Shown here one piece after another: positions 61,590 to 64,000 of a stretch of DNA of 64,000 nt. The position numbers were made by a program, and so were the translations under genes. Position 1 is the stretch's first letter, and each line of letters opens with the position of its first letter. This DNA is from Camelus dromedarius. Taxonomy: Eukaryota. The stretch lies in assembly GCF_036321535.1 (NCBI RefSeq), contig NC_087452.1:46314001-46378000 (forward strand), given 5' to 3'. The notes below the pieces were generated by a model. The model was not told the origin of the DNA. It saw only the letters and a program-made list of their open reading frames with translations, and searched no databases.

Positions 61590-61690
61590 AAAATAATTTG
61601 CATTCTTTTTTCTTGAAGTACTGTCTGTTCACAATGTCATGTCAATTTCTGGTGTGCACTCTCGTGTTTCAGTCATACATATTCATGTGT
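61590..61690 (-). mobile_element. L1 extreme 3'-end remnant
   Basis: TTGAAGTACTGTCTGTTCACAATGTCATGTCAATTTCTGGTGTGCAC. Confidence 0.7.
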
Positions 61691-63384
61691 CTTTGAAAAA
61701 TTTACAAAGGTAAGATTTTTTTTTTTTGCATCTTAAAAAAAAAAAAAGTGTCCCATATATTATATAAATTTCAGGCCCCATAAAAACTAGAGCCACCCCG
61801 AGGGTTATTTTACATGGGTTTTGGCTAACTTATTTGAAGTCACAATCTCCCTTCCAACCCTGTCCTCCTCATTAACTAAACTCCCGTCTGTGTCTCTCCT
61901 TCTAATTAATTCACAAGGAAACCTCTGTGCTGGAAAGTGGCTGTTTTGAAAGGTCTACGTTATTACCAGGAAAAGGAAAATGGATATTTATTTAACTTCT
62001 AAAGGAAAAATATAAGCTTATTGGCAAGAAAGCTTAGAGCTCGGCTGCCTTCTGGTTCACCAGGTCAAAAACCTCCCTTACCAACCTCCCCAGCCCATCA
62101 CCTACAAGTCGGCCTTCTTCCTTAGCCTGGGTACCTTCTCCTTGTCCTCAAGTTCATCTCATCTGCGGAGCCCTTCCCAGGGTAGGAGCCCCTCCTGTGA
62201 ACTGGACTTTGCTGAGTTTCACCCCACGCAGGACTTACCACACCATTAGAAATGGACTTACTGCACCATTGGGGCATGGGCTCTCAAAGGCCAGCACAGG
62301 CCATGTATATTACCTCCCATGTGGCCAGCACAAAACCAGCTCTCAGGACATATTTAATGAATAAAAATACATGAATGAACAAAATAATACTTTTCCGAAT
62401 TAGGGGTCAGGATATCCAAACTCTGGGTGCATTTCTGCTACTGAAAAGCTTGAGAACACTCAGTAAACCCATAAGGTCCCTGGACCACATTCTCCTGTCT
62501 ATAGCAGAGATCTCAGGTGGGCCCCAAACTGGGATCATCTTTAGAAGCTCATGTATCTCTAGCCAGTCATTACAAGAAGGGGTAAGAGTCCTCCAGGAGA
62601 GATCACATCCTAGGGCAAGACAAAGCATCTCCAGACAACCCGGTTCTAGAGTGGTGGGCTGGTGCTGAGGGGGGCTGGGGAGTCTTGAGTTTACCTGGGG
62701 CCTGTCATTCTGATGATTCTCCAGCCCAGGCCCCATGGACATGCAATATGAACAAGTAAAGAAAGTTTGTTTTCCGTTGTCTTATACTAATTGCTTCAGT
62801 GGGCTTTGAGATCTCAGTGGGTCAGCAGTTTTAGTTCCGGCCGTTTGGGCAGAGGCAGAGTGTGGCACTGGTGGCAATGGGAGGTGATGGCTTGGCAGCA
62901 TCAGCACCAGTAAGAGCTGGTGGGCACTGGAGGCAGGCAGCCTCTCTTGATGTTGTAAGGAGCCAGTAACTCCATCACAGTGAGATGGAGCAAATGAGAA
63001 GGAAAATGGCGGACACCTGCTGTCCTACGGAGACAGTTCCCAGAGGGTATCACAAACACCCTAGACGTTTGCAAAACTCTACGGAAGGAATGTCAGGAGG
63101 GCTCCGTGTCTCCCCAAGCCAGAGGTATGCGTTTACTATTACTGCATGAACCTCTTTTTACTCCAGGGTCTGGGCTGGAATATGTTTATCTTAATTCAAA
63201 ATGATAAATGATTCTCTCTACCCAGCGAATGTGATGCGTAGTCACTCCTCAAATATTAGTAAACCGAACCGAATTAAGAATAATTCTCGCCATGGCTGTG
63301 AAATTGGGAAGTCAAGTTCAGACCTAATTTCTTCCTATGCCTTCTTTTCCCGACGTGGTAGAAAGGCTTTGGAATGAGTATGGT

Positions 63385-63500
63385 ATCCTGACTTGATATT
63401 TGGTACATGGGTTAAATTAGTCAAGTTATTTAGCTTGTCTGAGCCTCAGTTTCTTTAACTGGAAGATGGGATAATCACATCTACTCTTCAGGGCCAGGGG
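63385..63500 (+). mobile_element. MIR fragment
   Basis: GTCAAGTTATTTAGCTTGTCTGAGCCTCAGTTTCTTTAACTGGAAGATGGGATAAT. Confidence 0.7.
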
Positions 63501-63837
63501 GAAGGCATTCCATACATAGCCCCCGCTGGGGGAGTGCCTGGCCCTTAGCAGGGGCTTAGTAAACATCGGTCCTCTCTCTCCATTTTCATCTCCGCTTATT
63601 GATAAAGCTTCTTTCCCAGTTCCAAGCTAATAGGAGTTCAATGGAGAGAGGACATAAGAGCTAAAGGAAATAAACTTTATGTGCTTCTAGAAGTTTCCTT
63701 TTGATGTTCATCACATTTTTAAGGCTTTGAAGAGTCTATAAAGTGTAGAAGAAAAGGAAAAGTTTGGCTTCTGGTCACTGAAAACAATTTTGTGTCTTTG
63801 ACTTTTATTTTCAAAAATTTTTCATTTTTTAAAAATT

Positions 63838-63954
63838 ATTTTTCGGGGAGGTAATTAGGGTTATTTATTTACTTATTTAACAGAGGGACTGGGGATGGAA
63901 CCCAGAACCTCGTGCATGCTAAGCACGCGCTCTACCACTGAGCTACACCCTCCC
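63838..63954 (-). mobile_element. Vic-1-like SINE
   Basis: Consensus match. Confidence 0.88.
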
Positions 63955-64000
63955 GCTTGGTATTCTTGTAACTTCAACCGCCTCCTCCCTGCTTTTCCAT

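Noticed and set aside
28200-64000. A second gene, operon-like system, CRISPR array or intact provirus upstream
   Set aside because: No ORF over ~140 aa with recognisable homology, no regularly spaced repeats, and LTRs are solo with no gag/pol/env.

Overview
Mammalian genomic DNA, most likely camelid (12 copies of a tRNA-Ala-derived Vic-1-type SINE). The window holds the 5' half of TGFBR2 (TGF-beta receptor type II) on the minus strand. Coding exon 1 (27442-27535, 94 nt), exon 2 (2778-2946, 169 nt) and exon 3 (1145-1335, 191 nt) have canonical GT-AG junctions. Together they encode residues 1-151: the signal peptide and the whole 12-cysteine ectodomain. The TM and kinase exons lie beyond position 1. 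The TATA-less CpG-island promoter (~26.9-28.15 kb) carries recognisable GC-box, CCAAT, tandem ETS and AP-1 elements. The ~36 kb upstream contain no supportable coding gene, only L1/L2/MIR, ERV/MaLR LTRs, DNA-transposon relics and microsatellites. There are five N-gaps. No new multi-gene system is demonstrated. The best leads are: (1) a remodelled homologue of the TbRII-B cassette exon at 18105-18224, apparently 120 nt instead of 75; (2) a 351-bp TSD-flanked L1 mini-element joining the L1 5' end directly to the 3' end at what looks like a splice junction; (3) a SINE-donated poly(A) site in intron 3 behind an open read-through frame, which could yield a soluble receptor; (4) a sense-oriented solo LTR with TATA box and splice donor 3.8 kb upstream of the promoter. 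Repeat family names come from recalled consensus sequences, and repeat boundaries are approximate unless TSDs are given.
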